A stretch of 64,000 bases of DNA from Candidatus Dormiibacterota bacterium (lineage in GTDB: Bacteria > Chloroflexota > Dormibacteria > CF-121): contig DASTJZ010000055.1 of the NCBI GenBank assembly GCA_035716185.1, forward strand, positions 13,565 to 77,564, in the 5' to 3' direction. Both the position numbers and the translations under genes were made by a program. The notes under the pieces are model-generated. The model did no database searches and was not told where the DNA came from. It saw nothing but the letters and a program-made list of their open reading frames with translations. Below are positions 27,973-37,732 of this stretch, one piece after another (within the stretch, counting starts at the first letter, position 1; each line of letters opens with the position of its first letter).

Positions 27973-29772
27973 ATGACCCATAAATTTGGGTGGAAATTGC
28001 TTTCGGGTGGGGTGCTCTCGGCCCTTGTGCTGGCGGCCTGCGGCGGCAGCAGCTCCAGCACCGGCCTGGCCTCCAGCCAGGTTCTCAAATTCCCGGTCTA
28101 TCAGAGTCCGGGCACATTTGATCCGGCGACGTCGGACGCGGAAGTCGACCAGGAACTCCAGCAAAACGTCTTCGACAATCTCTGGAAGTTCGATGACAAC
28201 CTGAACCTCGTGCCCAACCTCGCGACCGTGGTGCCGACCACCTCGAACGGTGGCATCTCGTCCGATGGGCTGACCTTCACCGTCCACCTGAAGTCCAACG
28301 TCAAGTTCAACAATGGCGATTCCATGACGTCCAAGGACGTGCTCTACTCCTGGAACCGCGCGGCTGCCATCCAGGGCGCCTACGCCTCCAACCTCAGCGC
28401 CATCGACGGTTTCGACGCGGTGCAGAAGGCCGCCGGCGCGGCGCCATCGAAGAAGAATTCTGCCGGCGTTGCCAGCTTCCGGAAAAGCATCGAGGACCGG
28501 CTCGCCGCCAACGACCCCGCGCTTCAAATGAAGGGGCTCACCGCGCCCGACGCGACGACCGTCAAGATCACGCTGTCCAGTGGCTGTGGCTGGTGCCTCA
28601 CCGCCTGGACGCTGTCGGGCAGTACCGGCGCTATCGTCAATGAGAAGACGGTTCAAACCGACCCCCAGACCTGGTGGCAGAGTCCCGTCAAACAGGGCTC
28701 CGAGGGCGGCATGGTCGGCACCGGCCCCTTCTACCTGGCTTCTTTCACGGCGAAGCAGTCGATGGTCTTCAAGGCAGTGCCGAACTGGTGGGGTTCGCCG
28801 AAGCCAACCCTGACCGAGGTCGACCTCTCGATCCATGACCCCTCGGCCATCGCCGGCGACGTCAACGCCTGGGAGCAGGGCAGCTTTGACCTGATCGGCT
28901 ACGGCGGCGATAGCGGCAACCTCACCTACCCGCTGATCCAGGGGATCAAGGGCAACTCGCGCTTCGCCAGCCAGCTCCTGACCAAGGCGAAGGGCCGCAC
29001 CACCTGGCTAAGCTTCAACATCGGTTATCCGGGTACCGGAGGCCCATTTGTGGGCGAGTCGGCGACCGCAAAGGGGCTACGCAAGGCCTTTGCCCTCGCC
29101 GTTGACAATAAGGCGCTGGCCACGACCGTTTGCCACGACGTGCTGTGCACGCCGGCGACGGGCGGGCTGATCACCAAGGGTCTGATCGGCTATGGTGGTG
29201 ACGGCAGCGACCCGCTGGCGAAATTCGATCCCGCTATGGCAAAGCAGCTGCTGCAGCAGTACGACCCGAGTCACAGTCTTACCAAGAACCTGAAGTACTC
29301 CTACAACGCCGGCGGCCTCAACGACCCGGTCGCCTCCTTCCTGCAGGGTCAGTGGCAGACCAACCTGGGCGTGTCCGTCAGCCTCGATCCGAGCAGTGAC
29401 GCGTCGCAGTTCATCTCGAACCGGCTGACCGGCAAGTACGTGATGGCGCGCGACGGCTGGCAGTTCGACTACAACCATCCGCAGGACTGGTACGACAACC
29501 TGTGGGGCAGCCTCGCCACGGCAGGCGGCGCGAATACCAGCGGGTTCGACGACCCGACCTATGACAGCATCCTGAAGCAGGCGGACGCGAAGCCACTCAG
29601 CGAGGCGCTGCCGCTGTACAAGCAGCTGGCCGACTTGCTGGCGACCGACGTCGTCTACATTCCGCTCTACTATTCGGCGGCCAATTTCGCCATCCACTCC
29701 TACGTGAAGGGAGCGGGCTCCAACGCCGCGTTCGACTACTACTGGAACGAGATTTCGATCCAGTCTCACTGA
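27973..29772 (+). CDS. ABC transporter substrate-binding lipoprotein, family 5 (peptide/opine/nickel DppA-OppA type)
   Basis: Lipobox LAAC-GG present. SBP_bac_5-like length. RBS GGAAGGGAGG precedes the ATG at 27973. Confidence 0.85.
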   Translation: MTHKFGWKLLSGGVLSALVLAACGGSSSSTGLASSQVLKFPVYQSPGTFDPATSDAEVDQELQQNVFDNLWKFDDNLNLVPNLATVVPTTSNGGISSDGLTFTVHLKSNVKFNNGDSMTSKDVLYSWNRAAAIQGAYASNLSAIDGFDAVQKAAGAAPSKKNSAGVASFRKSIEDRLAANDPALQMKGLTAPDATTVKITLSSGCGWCLTAWTLSGSTGAIVNEKTVQTDPQTWWQSPVKQGSEGGMVGTGPFYLASFTAKQSMVFKAVPNWWGSPKPTLTEVDLSIHDPSAIAGDVNAWEQGSFDLIGYGGDSGNLTYPLIQGIKGNSRFASQLLTKAKGRTTWLSFNIGYPGTGGPFVGESATAKGLRKAFALAVDNKALATTVCHDVLCTPATGGLITKGLIGYGGDGSDPLAKFDPAMAKQLLQQYDPSHSLTKNLKYSYNAGGLNDPVASFLQGQWQTNLGVSVSLDPSSDASQFISNRLTGKYVMARDGWQFDYNHPQDWYDNLWGSLATAGGANTSGFDDPTYDSILKQADAKPLSEALPLYKQLADLLATDVVYIPLYYSAANFAIHSYVKGAGSNAAFDYYWNEISIQSH

Positions 29773-29846
29773 CCGGCAACGACTGAGGCAGGGGCGCCCG
29801 ACGCGCCGGGCGCCCCTGCTCCGACTAATCTGACGGGAGAACGGCG

Positions 29847-30803
29847 ATGCTGACGCGAGGAACCCTGATCTATATCGGGCAGCGGCTGCTGCTCATAGTG
29901 TTCACCCTCCTCGCCGTATCCTTCGGGGTCTTCGCCGTCGTCCACACCCTCCCCGGCAGCGCTTTCGTGAGCGAGCGGGTGCACGGCCAGGCGCTGCAGA
30001 TTCTCCTACACGAGTACGGCCTGGACCAGCCGATCCCCGTCCAGTACTGGCACTTCCTCCAGGGGGTGGTCCACGGGGACCTTGGCGTGTCGCTCTACAT
30101 CCGTGGTCTGCCGATCACCCCCCTCGTGCTCCGCGAGCTGAGTGTCAGCGCGATGCTCGGCGGCGCCGCGCTGGTGGTGACGATCGGCCTGGGGATCACC
30201 TTCGGTGTCCTGGCCGCGGTGCGACAGAACACCTGGGTCGACTACCTGCTGACCTCGATCGCCGTCATCGGCTACAGCGTGCCGAGCTTCGTGATTGCCT
30301 CGCTCGGCATCCTCATCTTTGGCCAGTGGCTGAACAACATCACCCACGGCGCCCTCTATTACCCGGAACCCTGGACCGGAACCTACGGCAGCCTGATCGA
30401 GCTCTCGCTGCCCGCGATCGCCCTCGGCTTCTACACCTCCGGACAGATCACCCGGATCACCCGGGCGGCGATGCTTGACGTCATCCAGCAGGACTACATC
30501 CGGACCGCGCGCGCCAAGGGCTTGGAGAACCGGGTCGTCATCATCCGGCATGCGCTGCGAAACGCGCTGGTCCCGGTGACGAGCATTCTGGGCCCGACGG
30601 TGATCAGCATCATCACCGGCAGCGTCGTGATCGAGAACATCTTCGGCATCCCGGGGCTGGGCAAGGAATTCGTGGAGAGCATCTTCCAGCACGACTACAA
30701 CGTCACCGTCGGGGTGTTCACCGTCTACGCCCTGCTGATCGGGTTCGCCAACCTCGCCGTCGATCTCGTGTATACGGTCATCGATCCAAGGATCCGCTAC
30801 TGA
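29847..30803 (+). CDS. ABC transporter permease (DppB/OppB type)
   Basis: BPD_transp_1 permease with six TM segments. Confidence 0.85.
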   Translation: MLTRGTLIYIGQRLLLIVFTLLAVSFGVFAVVHTLPGSAFVSERVHGQALQILLHEYGLDQPIPVQYWHFLQGVVHGDLGVSLYIRGLPITPLVLRELSVSAMLGGAALVVTIGLGITFGVLAAVRQNTWVDYLLTSIAVIGYSVPSFVIASLGILIFGQWLNNITHGALYYPEPWTGTYGSLIELSLPAIALGFYTSGQITRITRAAMLDVIQQDYIRTARAKGLENRVVIIRHALRNALVPVTSILGPTVISIITGSVVIENIFGIPGLGKEFVESIFQHDYNVTVGVFTVYALLIGFANLAVDLVYTVIDPRIRY

Positions 30804-31714
30804 TGGCCACCGCCATTCCGAACCCGTCGACCATCGAGTACGCGGGCGGCACGCTGGCCCGTGAGCAGGTCAGCCTGTGGCGCGATGGGCTGCGGCGCCT
30901 ACGCCGCAACCGGCTCGCCCTGGCGGCAGCGATCTACCTGGGACTGCTGGTTCTGGTCGGTCTCGTCTCCCTTTTCTGGACTCCATACAAGCCGAACGTG
31001 ATCGGGGCCTGCCCGACGTACGAGCTTCCTTCTGGCGCGCACCCGTTCGGCTGCGACGACCTCGGCAGAGATTCACTCAGCCGGCTGATGGTGGGAACGC
31101 AAGTCTCGCTGGCCGTGGGCGTCGCCACCGCCTTCATCGTCCTGCTGGTCGGGGTGGTGGTCGGTCTCATCGCCGGCTACTTCCGTGGCGTGGTCGATGC
31201 CATCTTCAGCCTGCTGATCAACATCTTCTACGGGGTGCCACCACTGCTGGTCGCGGTCGCGCTCTACGTATTGCTTGGTCCAGGCCTGATCAACATCATC
31301 ATTGCCATCTCGGCGACGGTCTGGATGGACATGGCGCGGCTGACCCGGGGACAGGCGCTCACCATCCGGGAGCGCGAATTCATCGAGGCCGCCCGTGCCG
31401 GCGGGGCCCGGGCGGGCAAGATCGTGTTTGGCCACATCCTGCCCAACGCCCTGGGACCGATCATCGTCCAGGCGACCTTCGTCATCCCGATTGCCATCCT
31501 GACGGCGGCGTTCCTCAGCTTTCTTGGCTTCGGCGTCCCACCGCCGAGAGCCGATTGGGGCGGAATGGCCAATGAAGGGCTTCCCTCCCTGCAGGGCGGG
31601 TTCGATCCCTACATCCTGTTGTTTCCGGCGCTGGCCCTCTCCATCACCCTGCTAGCCTTTAACTTCTTCGGAGATGGCCTGCGTGACGCATTCGATCCGC
31701 GGCAGAAGCGCTGA
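30803..31714 (+). CDS. ABC transporter permease (DppC/OppC type)
   Basis: Permease. ATGA overlap with the preceding gene. Confidence 0.85.
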   Translation: MATAIPNPSTIEYAGGTLAREQVSLWRDGLRRLRRNRLALAAAIYLGLLVLVGLVSLFWTPYKPNVIGACPTYELPSGAHPFGCDDLGRDSLSRLMVGTQVSLAVGVATAFIVLLVGVVVGLIAGYFRGVVDAIFSLLINIFYGVPPLLVAVALYVLLGPGLINIIIAISATVWMDMARLTRGQALTIREREFIEAARAGGARAGKIVFGHILPNALGPIIVQATFVIPIAILTAAFLSFLGFGVPPPRADWGGMANEGLPSLQGGFDPYILLFPALALSITLLAFNFFGDGLRDAFDPRQKR

Positions 31715-31750
31715 TCGTGCCACGAAACCGACTCCGGGCTGGGAGAAGAG

Positions 31751-32872
31751 CTGAGTAGTCCTGTCCTGCAAGTTCAAAATCTGAGCACCTCGTTCTTCAC
31801 CGATGACGGGGAAGTCAAGGCGGTGCGTAACGTCAGTTTCGACCTCCACAAGGGCGAAACCCTCGGCATTGTGGGAGAGTCGGGCTGCGGCAAGAGCGTC
31901 ACAGCGCTCTCCATCCTCGGCCTGGTGCAGCGGCCGGGACGGATCGTCGGCGGCAAGATCATCTTCCGCGAGCAGGACCTGGTCAGGGTGCCGGCGGAGG
32001 AGCTCCGCGAAATCCGCGGACGGGACATCGCCATGATCTTCCAGGACCCGCTCAGCTCGCTGAACCCGGTGCTCAAGGTGGGCTTTCAGATCGACGAGGC
32101 GATGCGGGCGCACGACAAGATCCCGGGCGCCCAGGTGGAGAAGCGGGGAATCGACCTGCTCAAGGAGGTGCGCGTTCCCGACGCGGAGCACCGCGTGAAC
32201 GACTACCCGCATCAGTTCAGCGGGGGGATGCGCCAGCGGGCGATGATCGCCATGGGCCTTGCCAACCGTCCCGAGATCCTGATTGCGGATGAGCCCACCA
32301 CCGCGCTCGACGTCACGGTGCAGGCGCAGATCCTGGAGCTGCTGCGTGACCTGAACGAAGACACCGGGACCTCGATCATCCTGATCACCCATAACCTCGG
32401 GGTGGTGGCCGGGATCTGCACCCGCGTGATCGTGATGTATGCCGGCGAGATCGTGGAAGAAGGACCCGTCAAGCAGATTTTCGAATCGCCTCAGCATCCC
32501 TACACCTGGTCACTGCTGCGCTCGGTCCCGCGGCTGGATGCCGACCGGCGGGAACGGCTGCGGTCGATCGAGGGGCTGCCGCCGGATCTCATCAAGCTGC
32601 CACCCGGGTGCAAGTTCAGTCCTCGCTGCCCGTTTCGAATCGATCGCTGCTTCTCGGACGAGCCGAAGCTCGCCGACGTCGGGCCGGACCAGCAAGCCGC
32701 CTGCTGGGTCACGATGAAGCGGGCCTACGCCGAGATGGGCGCGGCCGACATCATCGATACCCGGCCCGGCGCCGCCAGCGGGGTGCGGCCGCCGAAAGAC
32801 CTCGCCGCCCGGGTGAGCGACGCCCGCGAGGTGAAGGCGCCGATCGTGGCGGAGCCGAGCAGCGATGAGTAG
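31751..32872 (+). CDS. ABC transporter ATP-binding protein (DppD/OppD type); start uncertain
   Basis: Conserved N-terminus [20 protein letters not shown] lies upstream of the first GTG at 31823. The only candidate start is the CTG at 31751, preceded by GGGAGA. The gene is in frame with the dppC-type stop at 31712. Confidence 0.7.
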   Translation: MSSPVLQVQNLSTSFFTDDGEVKAVRNVSFDLHKGETLGIVGESGCGKSVTALSILGLVQRPGRIVGGKIIFREQDLVRVPAEELREIRGRDIAMIFQDPLSSLNPVLKVGFQIDEAMRAHDKIPGAQVEKRGIDLLKEVRVPDAEHRVNDYPHQFSGGMRQRAMIAMGLANRPEILIADEPTTALDVTVQAQILELLRDLNEDTGTSIILITHNLGVVAGICTRVIVMYAGEIVEEGPVKQIFESPQHPYTWSLLRSVPRLDADRRERLRSIEGLPPDLIKLPPGCKFSPRCPFRIDRCFSDEPKLADVGPDQQAACWVTMKRAYAEMGAADIIDTRPGAASGVRPPKDLAARVSDAREVKAPIVAEPSSDE

Positions 32873-33887
32873 CGCGGCGCTCGCGGCGGACCGCCGCGAC
32901 CTCGCTCCCGGTGAGCCCCTGCTGCGCGTCACCGACCTGGTCAAGCACTTCCGCACCGGAGTGGCGACGACGGTCAAGGCCGTCGATGGCGTGAGCTTCG
33001 AGATTCGCCCGGGTGAGACCGTCGGGCTGGTGGGTGAGTCGGGCTGCGGCAAGTCGACCCTCGGACGGTTGCTCACGCAGCTGCTGCCGGCCACGTCCGG
33101 ACAGGTGATTTTCGACGGCGTCGATATCACCCGGCTCGGCGGCGAGAAACTGCGGCAACAGCGCAAGCAGCTGCAGATGATCTTTCAAGACCCCTTCGCC
33201 TCCCTCGACCCGCGCATGACCGTGGGCGACATCATCGCGGAGCCGCTGGAGAACTTTGGCATGCTCAGCCGGCGACAGAAGGACGCGCGGGTCCAGGAAC
33301 TCCTTCGCGTGGTGGGCCTGAATCCGTACTTCAACAACCGCTATCCCCACGAGTTCAGCGGCGGCCAGCGGCAGCGCATCGGGATCGCCCGCGCATTAGC
33401 ACTGCGGCCGAAGCTGATCGTGGCCGACGAGCCGATCTCGGCGCTGGACGTCTCGATCCAGGCGCAGATCATCAACCTCATGGAAGACCTGCAGAAGGAG
33501 TTTCAGCTCACCTATCTGTTCATCGCCCACGATCTCTCGGTGGTCCGCCACGTCAGCGACCGGGTGATGGTCATGTACCTGGGGAAGATCGTCGAGGTGG
33601 CGGACAGCGTCGAGATCTATCGCAACCCCCGCCATCCCTACACCAAAGCGCTGCTCTCAGCCGTGCCGATTCCCGATCCCGATGTCCAGTCGAAGCGCCG
33701 GCTGGTGGCGCTGAGCGGGGAGATTCCTTCGCCGATCAATCCGCCATCGGGGTGCCGCTTCCACACCCGCTGCCCAATAGCCAAGGTTCCGACGCCCTGC
33801 GCGGACCAGGAGCCGCCGCTGGAACAGAAGGCTCCGGGTCATAAGGCCGCGTGCCATTTCTCCGAAAAGGTATCGGTGGCTGTCTAG
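32865..33887 (+). CDS. ABC transporter ATP-binding protein (DppF/OppF type)
   Basis: Walker [10 protein letters not shown], signature [12 protein letters not shown], and C-terminal oligopeptide-transporter domain. Confidence 0.85.
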   Translation: MSSAALAADRRDLAPGEPLLRVTDLVKHFRTGVATTVKAVDGVSFEIRPGETVGLVGESGCGKSTLGRLLTQLLPATSGQVIFDGVDITRLGGEKLRQQRKQLQMIFQDPFASLDPRMTVGDIIAEPLENFGMLSRRQKDARVQELLRVVGLNPYFNNRYPHEFSGGQRQRIGIARALALRPKLIVADEPISALDVSIQAQIINLMEDLQKEFQLTYLFIAHDLSVVRHVSDRVMVMYLGKIVEVADSVEIYRNPRHPYTKALLSAVPIPDPDVQSKRRLVALSGEIPSPINPPSGCRFHTRCPIAKVPTPCADQEPPLEQKAPGHKAACHFSEKVSVAV

Positions 33888-33924
33888 AGCTCGACGCCGG
33901 ACGGACGCCGCGGCAGAACCGAAG

Positions 33925-34869
33925 TTAGGCGGCCGCCGACCACTCGTCGGCCTGGGTGATGGTGTTGAGCACCCAGCCGAACTGTCCGGTCGTGACCGTC
34001 GCCTTGCAGTAGGCGCAGGTACCGGATTCGTTGATCTGGACCGGGGCGCCGCAGTTGGGACATTGCGTGATCTGAGCCGTCTCCCCCGCGCGGGTCTGTA
34101 CCGCTCGGCTGCGGATGAACGTCCAGAACTCGGTGAAGGGACGCTGGACCTTATCACCACTCACGATCTTGTTCGCATCGTCGACCTCGTAGTCGGCGGC
34201 GATGGCGTCGAAGCGGACGGTGATGCTGTCGAAGTTCGGATCGCCGGCCACCTTCGCGATCGCACAACCGTTGACCGCCAGGTCTTCCATGACATCGCGC
34301 TTGTGCAGGACGACGAACTGGTCCACCTGCAGCTTCCAGCGCTGGTAGATCGCATCGGAAAGGTAGATCCGCGCCGGCTCCAGGTTGCGCGCCATCCAGG
34401 CGTTCTGAAGGACGAAGAAGGTCGTCTGCGCCCGGTCGAGAAAGACCTGCTGGTTGAAATTCGGATCGCGAGCCGTCAGTGCCCCGAGGCCGCTGCGCAC
34501 CGCCTCGGTGTCGATCTCCGCGATGGGCTGGACACTGACGTCGCCGCCTCCGGAACTATCACTCGACTGGCGCCCCTTCCACCACACGTAGACGGCGATC
34601 CCGGCGCCCAGGATAAAGAGCAGGAAGATGATGTCACCGAGCGTGCCGCCGGAATTGCCGCCGACGTAGAAGAAGCTGCCCCCGCCGCTCCCGCTGCTCG
34701 TGTGGCTGCTGCCACTGCTGTAACCACCACCGCTGCTATGGCCGCCACCAGAACTGCCGCCGCCGCTGCTGTGACCGCCGCCCGCCCGTGCCAGGGCCGG
34801 GAGCTGGAGGACCAGGATCAGGGCGAACGTGATGGCCAGCGTCAGCAGCCGACGGCTTACCTTCCGCAT
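33925..34869 (-). CDS. secreted/membrane Tim44-like domain protein with Gly/Ser-rich linker and C-terminal zinc ribbon
   Basis: Signal peptide, GGGHSSGGG low-complexity region, TM segment, Tim44-like domain, and CPNCG…CAYCK ribbon. Confidence 0.7.
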   Translation of the reverse strand: MRKVSRRLLTLAITFALILVLQLPALARAGGGHSSGGGSSGGGHSSGGGYSSGSSHTSSGSGGGSFFYVGGNSGGTLGDIIFLLFILGAGIAVYVWWKGRQSSDSSGGGDVSVQPIAEIDTEAVRSGLGALTARDPNFNQQVFLDRAQTTFFVLQNAWMARNLEPARIYLSDAIYQRWKLQVDQFVVLHKRDVMEDLAVNGCAIAKVAGDPNFDSITVRFDAIAADYEVDDANKIVSGDKVQRPFTEFWTFIRSRAVQTRAGETAQITQCPNCGAPVQINESGTCAYCKATVTTGQFGWVLNTITQADEWSAAA

Positions 34870-34925
34870 GTCGACCCGTATAACCGGCAGTCTCTGGGGA
34901 GCTTGCGACTCTAGAATCGGGACCC

Positions 34926-35651
34926 GTGGTTACGCCCGGGCGGAACCGTTCCTTCCAGCAGCGGCTGCTGACCTGGTACGGCGTCCACGGGCGCGACCTG
35001 CCCTGGCGAAAGATCCGGGATCCCTATTCCATCCTGGTCTCTGAGATCCTGTCGCACCAGACGCAGATCTCGCGCGTGGTCCCCGTTTACGAGCAGCTCT
35101 TGAACCGGTACCCGACCGTGGAGCAAATGGCCGCCGCTCGCCTGAGCGAGATCAAGGCCATTACCGATCCGCTCGGCTACAAGGTGCGTGGGAAATGGCT
35201 GCACGGCGCCGCGCTACAGGTCGCCGACCGGCTGGGCGGCAGGTTCCCGCGCACGCCGGACGGGTTGCGGGAGCTACCCGGCGTCGGCCGCTACACGGCC
35301 GGGGCGGTGATGAACTTCGCCTACCACGTGGATGCCCCGGTGCTCGATACCAATGTCGCCCGGGTCTTGCGCCGGCATTTCGGCCTCGGCGAGATGGCTG
35401 GTCGTGCCCGCCCGGCCAGTCTCTGGCAACTCGCGCGAGCCATCATTCCCACCGGCAAGGGCTATCTCATCAACCAGGCGCTGATGGATCTCGGCGCCAT
35501 GGTGTGTCGGGCGCGCGCACCGCGTTGCGATGCCTGCCCCCTGCGCCGCAGTTGCACCTACCGGCGGTCGGTCAACCGTCCGACGAGCCCGCTCCCCGAG
35601 CTTCGGCGGCTTCGTGCTCCAGGGTCGCCTCGAGGTCGGCGCGCGCGATGA
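34926..35651 (+). CDS. HhH-GPD base-excision DNA glycosylase with 4Fe-4S cluster (MutY/Nth-like, lacks NUDIX domain)
   Basis: HhH motif LPGVGRYTAGAV and FeS cluster motif Cx6Cx2Cx5C present. GTG start. The 3' end overlaps the convergent CBS gene. Confidence 0.75.
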   Translation: MVTPGRNRSFQQRLLTWYGVHGRDLPWRKIRDPYSILVSEILSHQTQISRVVPVYEQLLNRYPTVEQMAAARLSEIKAITDPLGYKVRGKWLHGAALQVADRLGGRFPRTPDGLRELPGVGRYTAGAVMNFAYHVDAPVLDTNVARVLRRHFGLGEMAGRARPASLWQLARAIIPTGKGYLINQALMDLGAMVCRARAPRCDACPLRRSCTYRRSVNRPTSPLPELRRLRAPGSPRGRRAR

Positions 35652-36057
35652 CCCCCAGCAGCCGGCCCTCGGCCGTCGTGATCAGGGCGTTGGTCTTGAT
35701 CTCGTGGTCGCGCATATAGCTGAGGAGCTCTTCGAGCGTCAGATTGGGGCGGAAGGTTTTTGGTCCCGACTGCATGACGTCTTCCACCGTGCGGCTCGGC
35801 TCTGCGGCTAATGCCTGCTTGCGCAGCAGGCCCAGCACGATGCCCTCGTCAGTCGTGACGACGCAGATCTGGCGGCCATCCGCCTCAACCCGCTGGCGCA
35901 GGTCTCCAGTCCGTTCGTCGAGACGGCAGGTTGGGATGCTGGCATCCGCGACGTCGCCCAGCCATGTCTCCTCGGTCGATTTCCCCTCTCGCGCCTGGTT
36001 ATCCTCGAGCCACGCCTGCTTGCCGGCAGCGTAATCCGCGACCTTTGTGAATCCCAT
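35572..36057 (-). CDS. CBS-pair domain protein; its N-terminus encodes the C-terminal half of a rhodanese domain
   Basis: CBS pair present. The N-terminal GFTKVADYAAGKQAW matches the rhodanese C-terminal GF..V..l.GG..aW motif. In frame with the upstream rhodanese fragment across a single TGA. Confidence 0.6.
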   Translation of the reverse strand: MGFTKVADYAAGKQAWLEDNQAREGKSTEETWLGDVADASIPTCRLDERTGDLRQRVEADGRQICVVTTDEGIVLGLLRKQALAAEPSRTVEDVMQSGPKTFRPNLTLEELLSYMRDHEIKTNALITTAEGRLLGVIARADLEATLEHEAAEARGAGSSDG

Positions 36058-36093
36058 CGTCTCCAGCCGCCACGCGGCCCTCGGCGAAAGGTC

Positions 36094-36300
36094 TCAACCG
36101 AAATCGTTGCAGTACACGACCACCGGCCGGCTTCGATCGAGCCGGCTGGTGGTCTCGCGAGTCAGCGTTTTCAGCGGAATATTGATGGCACCGGGGAGAT
36201 GGCTGTGCTCGAAATCGTCGGGGTCCAGGACGTCGACCAGTTGCGCGCCCTGGTCGAGCAGTTGCCCGACCTCGCTGACCCGAAAGACTTGTGACGGCAC
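36094..36300 (-). CDS. rhodanese-like domain, N-terminal fragment ending ...VVVYCNDFG-TGA (interrupted gene)
   Basis: 68 aa with a GTG start. The stop falls inside the catalytic Cys loop. See the finding at 35572-36300. Confidence 0.5.
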   Translation of the reverse strand: MPSQVFRVSEVGQLLDQGAQLVDVLDPDDFEHSHLPGAINIPLKTLTRETTSRLDRSRPVVVYCNDFG

Positions 36301-36329
36301 GCGACTACCTTACCGGGTGGGCGAAGGCG

Positions 36330-37085
36330 TTAGCGGGCCCACACGCCAACCGGGGTGAAGCGAAGCGGGACATCCACCAGGATCAGATCGCTGGCGACGG
36401 CTGCCCGCAAGCCGAGGCCGGCCTCCTCGAGGATCTTGACGGCGTCGCCCGTCGACAGTGACGTCCCGTCGCTGCGCTCGCCCAACGCCGGAGAAGAGAT
36501 TGAGAGCGCGCCCTCGATCAGGTAGAGGTATCCGCCGCGCCCAGGGCCAAACGAATGGGTGACCGCCGTGCCGGCGGAGAGCGCAGCCACATATACGCCG
36601 GCGTCCTGATGGACGCGGATCGGATCGCCATCGTCGTGGCCAACCACCTCGAGCAGTTTGTCGGTGCGGTCGGCTTTGGTGAATTGCCGCTGCTGCACCG
36701 ACGGCCGCAGCGACGGCGTATCCGGGAGGATCCATAGCTGGATGAATTCCATCGGCTGCGTTTTTGAGGCGTTCTGCTCAGAGTGAAGCGCGCCGGAGCC
36801 CAGCGTCATCAGCTGTACACCCCCTGGTTGCAGCACACCGTCGTTGCCCAGACTGTCCTCGTGGCGAAAGTCACCCTTCCAGACATAGGTGATGCCCTCG
36901 ACGTCGGCGTGGGGATGCATCGGCCAGGTTGCGCCGGGGATCAGATAGTCATGGTTGAACACGCGGAGCGGGCCGACGCCCATCTGGTTCGGATCGCGAT
37001 AGCGATCGAAGGAGAAATGCCAGCGAGCCGTAAACCAATCGCCCTCTTCCTTGTGGATCTCGCGGTCGCGTCGGATTTGCAGCAT
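36330..37085 (-). CDS. pirin family protein (cupin)
   Basis: Pirin N- and C-terminal cupin motifs present (HPHADVEGITYV). Confidence 0.85.
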   Translation of the reverse strand: MLQIRRDREIHKEEGDWFTARWHFSFDRYRDPNQMGVGPLRVFNHDYLIPGATWPMHPHADVEGITYVWKGDFRHEDSLGNDGVLQPGGVQLMTLGSGALHSEQNASKTQPMEFIQLWILPDTPSLRPSVQQRQFTKADRTDKLLEVVGHDDGDPIRVHQDAGVYVAALSAGTAVTHSFGPGRGGYLYLIEGALSISSPALGERSDGTSLSTGDAVKILEEAGLGLRAAVASDLILVDVPLRFTPVGVWAR

Positions 37086-37123
37086 GAGGGGGCCTGCTTC
37101 ATTCTGGCATGAGGCCCTTCAAC

Positions 37124-37732
37124 TCAGTGGCAGCTCCATGTCACGGTGCCGCTCAGATAACCGGCGATGATCCCCCCACGGACCTCCGTACTTCGCCACC
37201 GGGAAAAGGAGAGCGTACCCGAACCGTCGGGTTGCACCGTCAGTGTCGTCGTGCTGCCGGTGGTGGAGTGATAGACGGTGAACGCGTCTCCCTGCACCGT
37301 AGCCCCACCGCTGAGTCCGGGCGTCGCGTTGCTGTTGTAGGTTCCGGGGCCCCCATATCCCGAACTGATCATGCTTCGGATGAAGACAGCAGGCTTGCCC
37401 GTGGTTTGCACCACGGGTGGGAGAAACGCTCGAGCGTTGTCATCCTGCGAAGTCGCCTGGAAGCCCATGGCGTATTCAGCACAGCTTGCGGGCATGGCGG
37501 GCGGTGTCGGGACACCCTCTGCGTGTTCCGCGACCCGGGTAGTGAAGCTCGCGGAGAGTTCGTAGTCGCCCTGCACCGACACCGACCCCGCGAGCTCCGG
37601 CCCGCTGCTCGGCTGCGACGGTGGTCGGGCACTCGCCGTCGGACTGCTCCCCGCCGTCCCGGGAAGGCAGGCAGCCAGGACGATACCGGCGAGCGCAATC
37701 GTCAATGCGCGCAGGCGCATCAGCCCTTGCAC
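37124..37732 (-). CDS. secreted lipoprotein, unknown function (paralogue A)
   Basis: Lipobox LAAC. Shares SSGYGGPGTY, PDGSGTLSF and a C-terminal W-x-C with the neighbouring gene. Confidence 0.7.
   Translation of the reverse strand: MQGLMRLRALTIALAGIVLAACLPGTAGSSPTASARPPSQPSSGPELAGSVSVQGDYELSASFTTRVAEHAEGVPTPPAMPASCAEYAMGFQATSQDDNARAFLPPVVQTTGKPAVFIRSMISSGYGGPGTYNSNATPGLSGGATVQGDAFTVYHSTTGSTTTLTVQPDGSGTLSFSRWRSTEVRGGIIAGYLSGTVTWSCH

Noticed and set aside
36094-36096. Selenocysteine interpretation of the rhodanese TGA
   Set aside because: It is kept only as a minor alternative. The Cys is intact, and the TGA replaces the conserved loop Arg, which points to CGA-to-TGA. No SECIS-quality hairpin or Sec genes are visible in the window.
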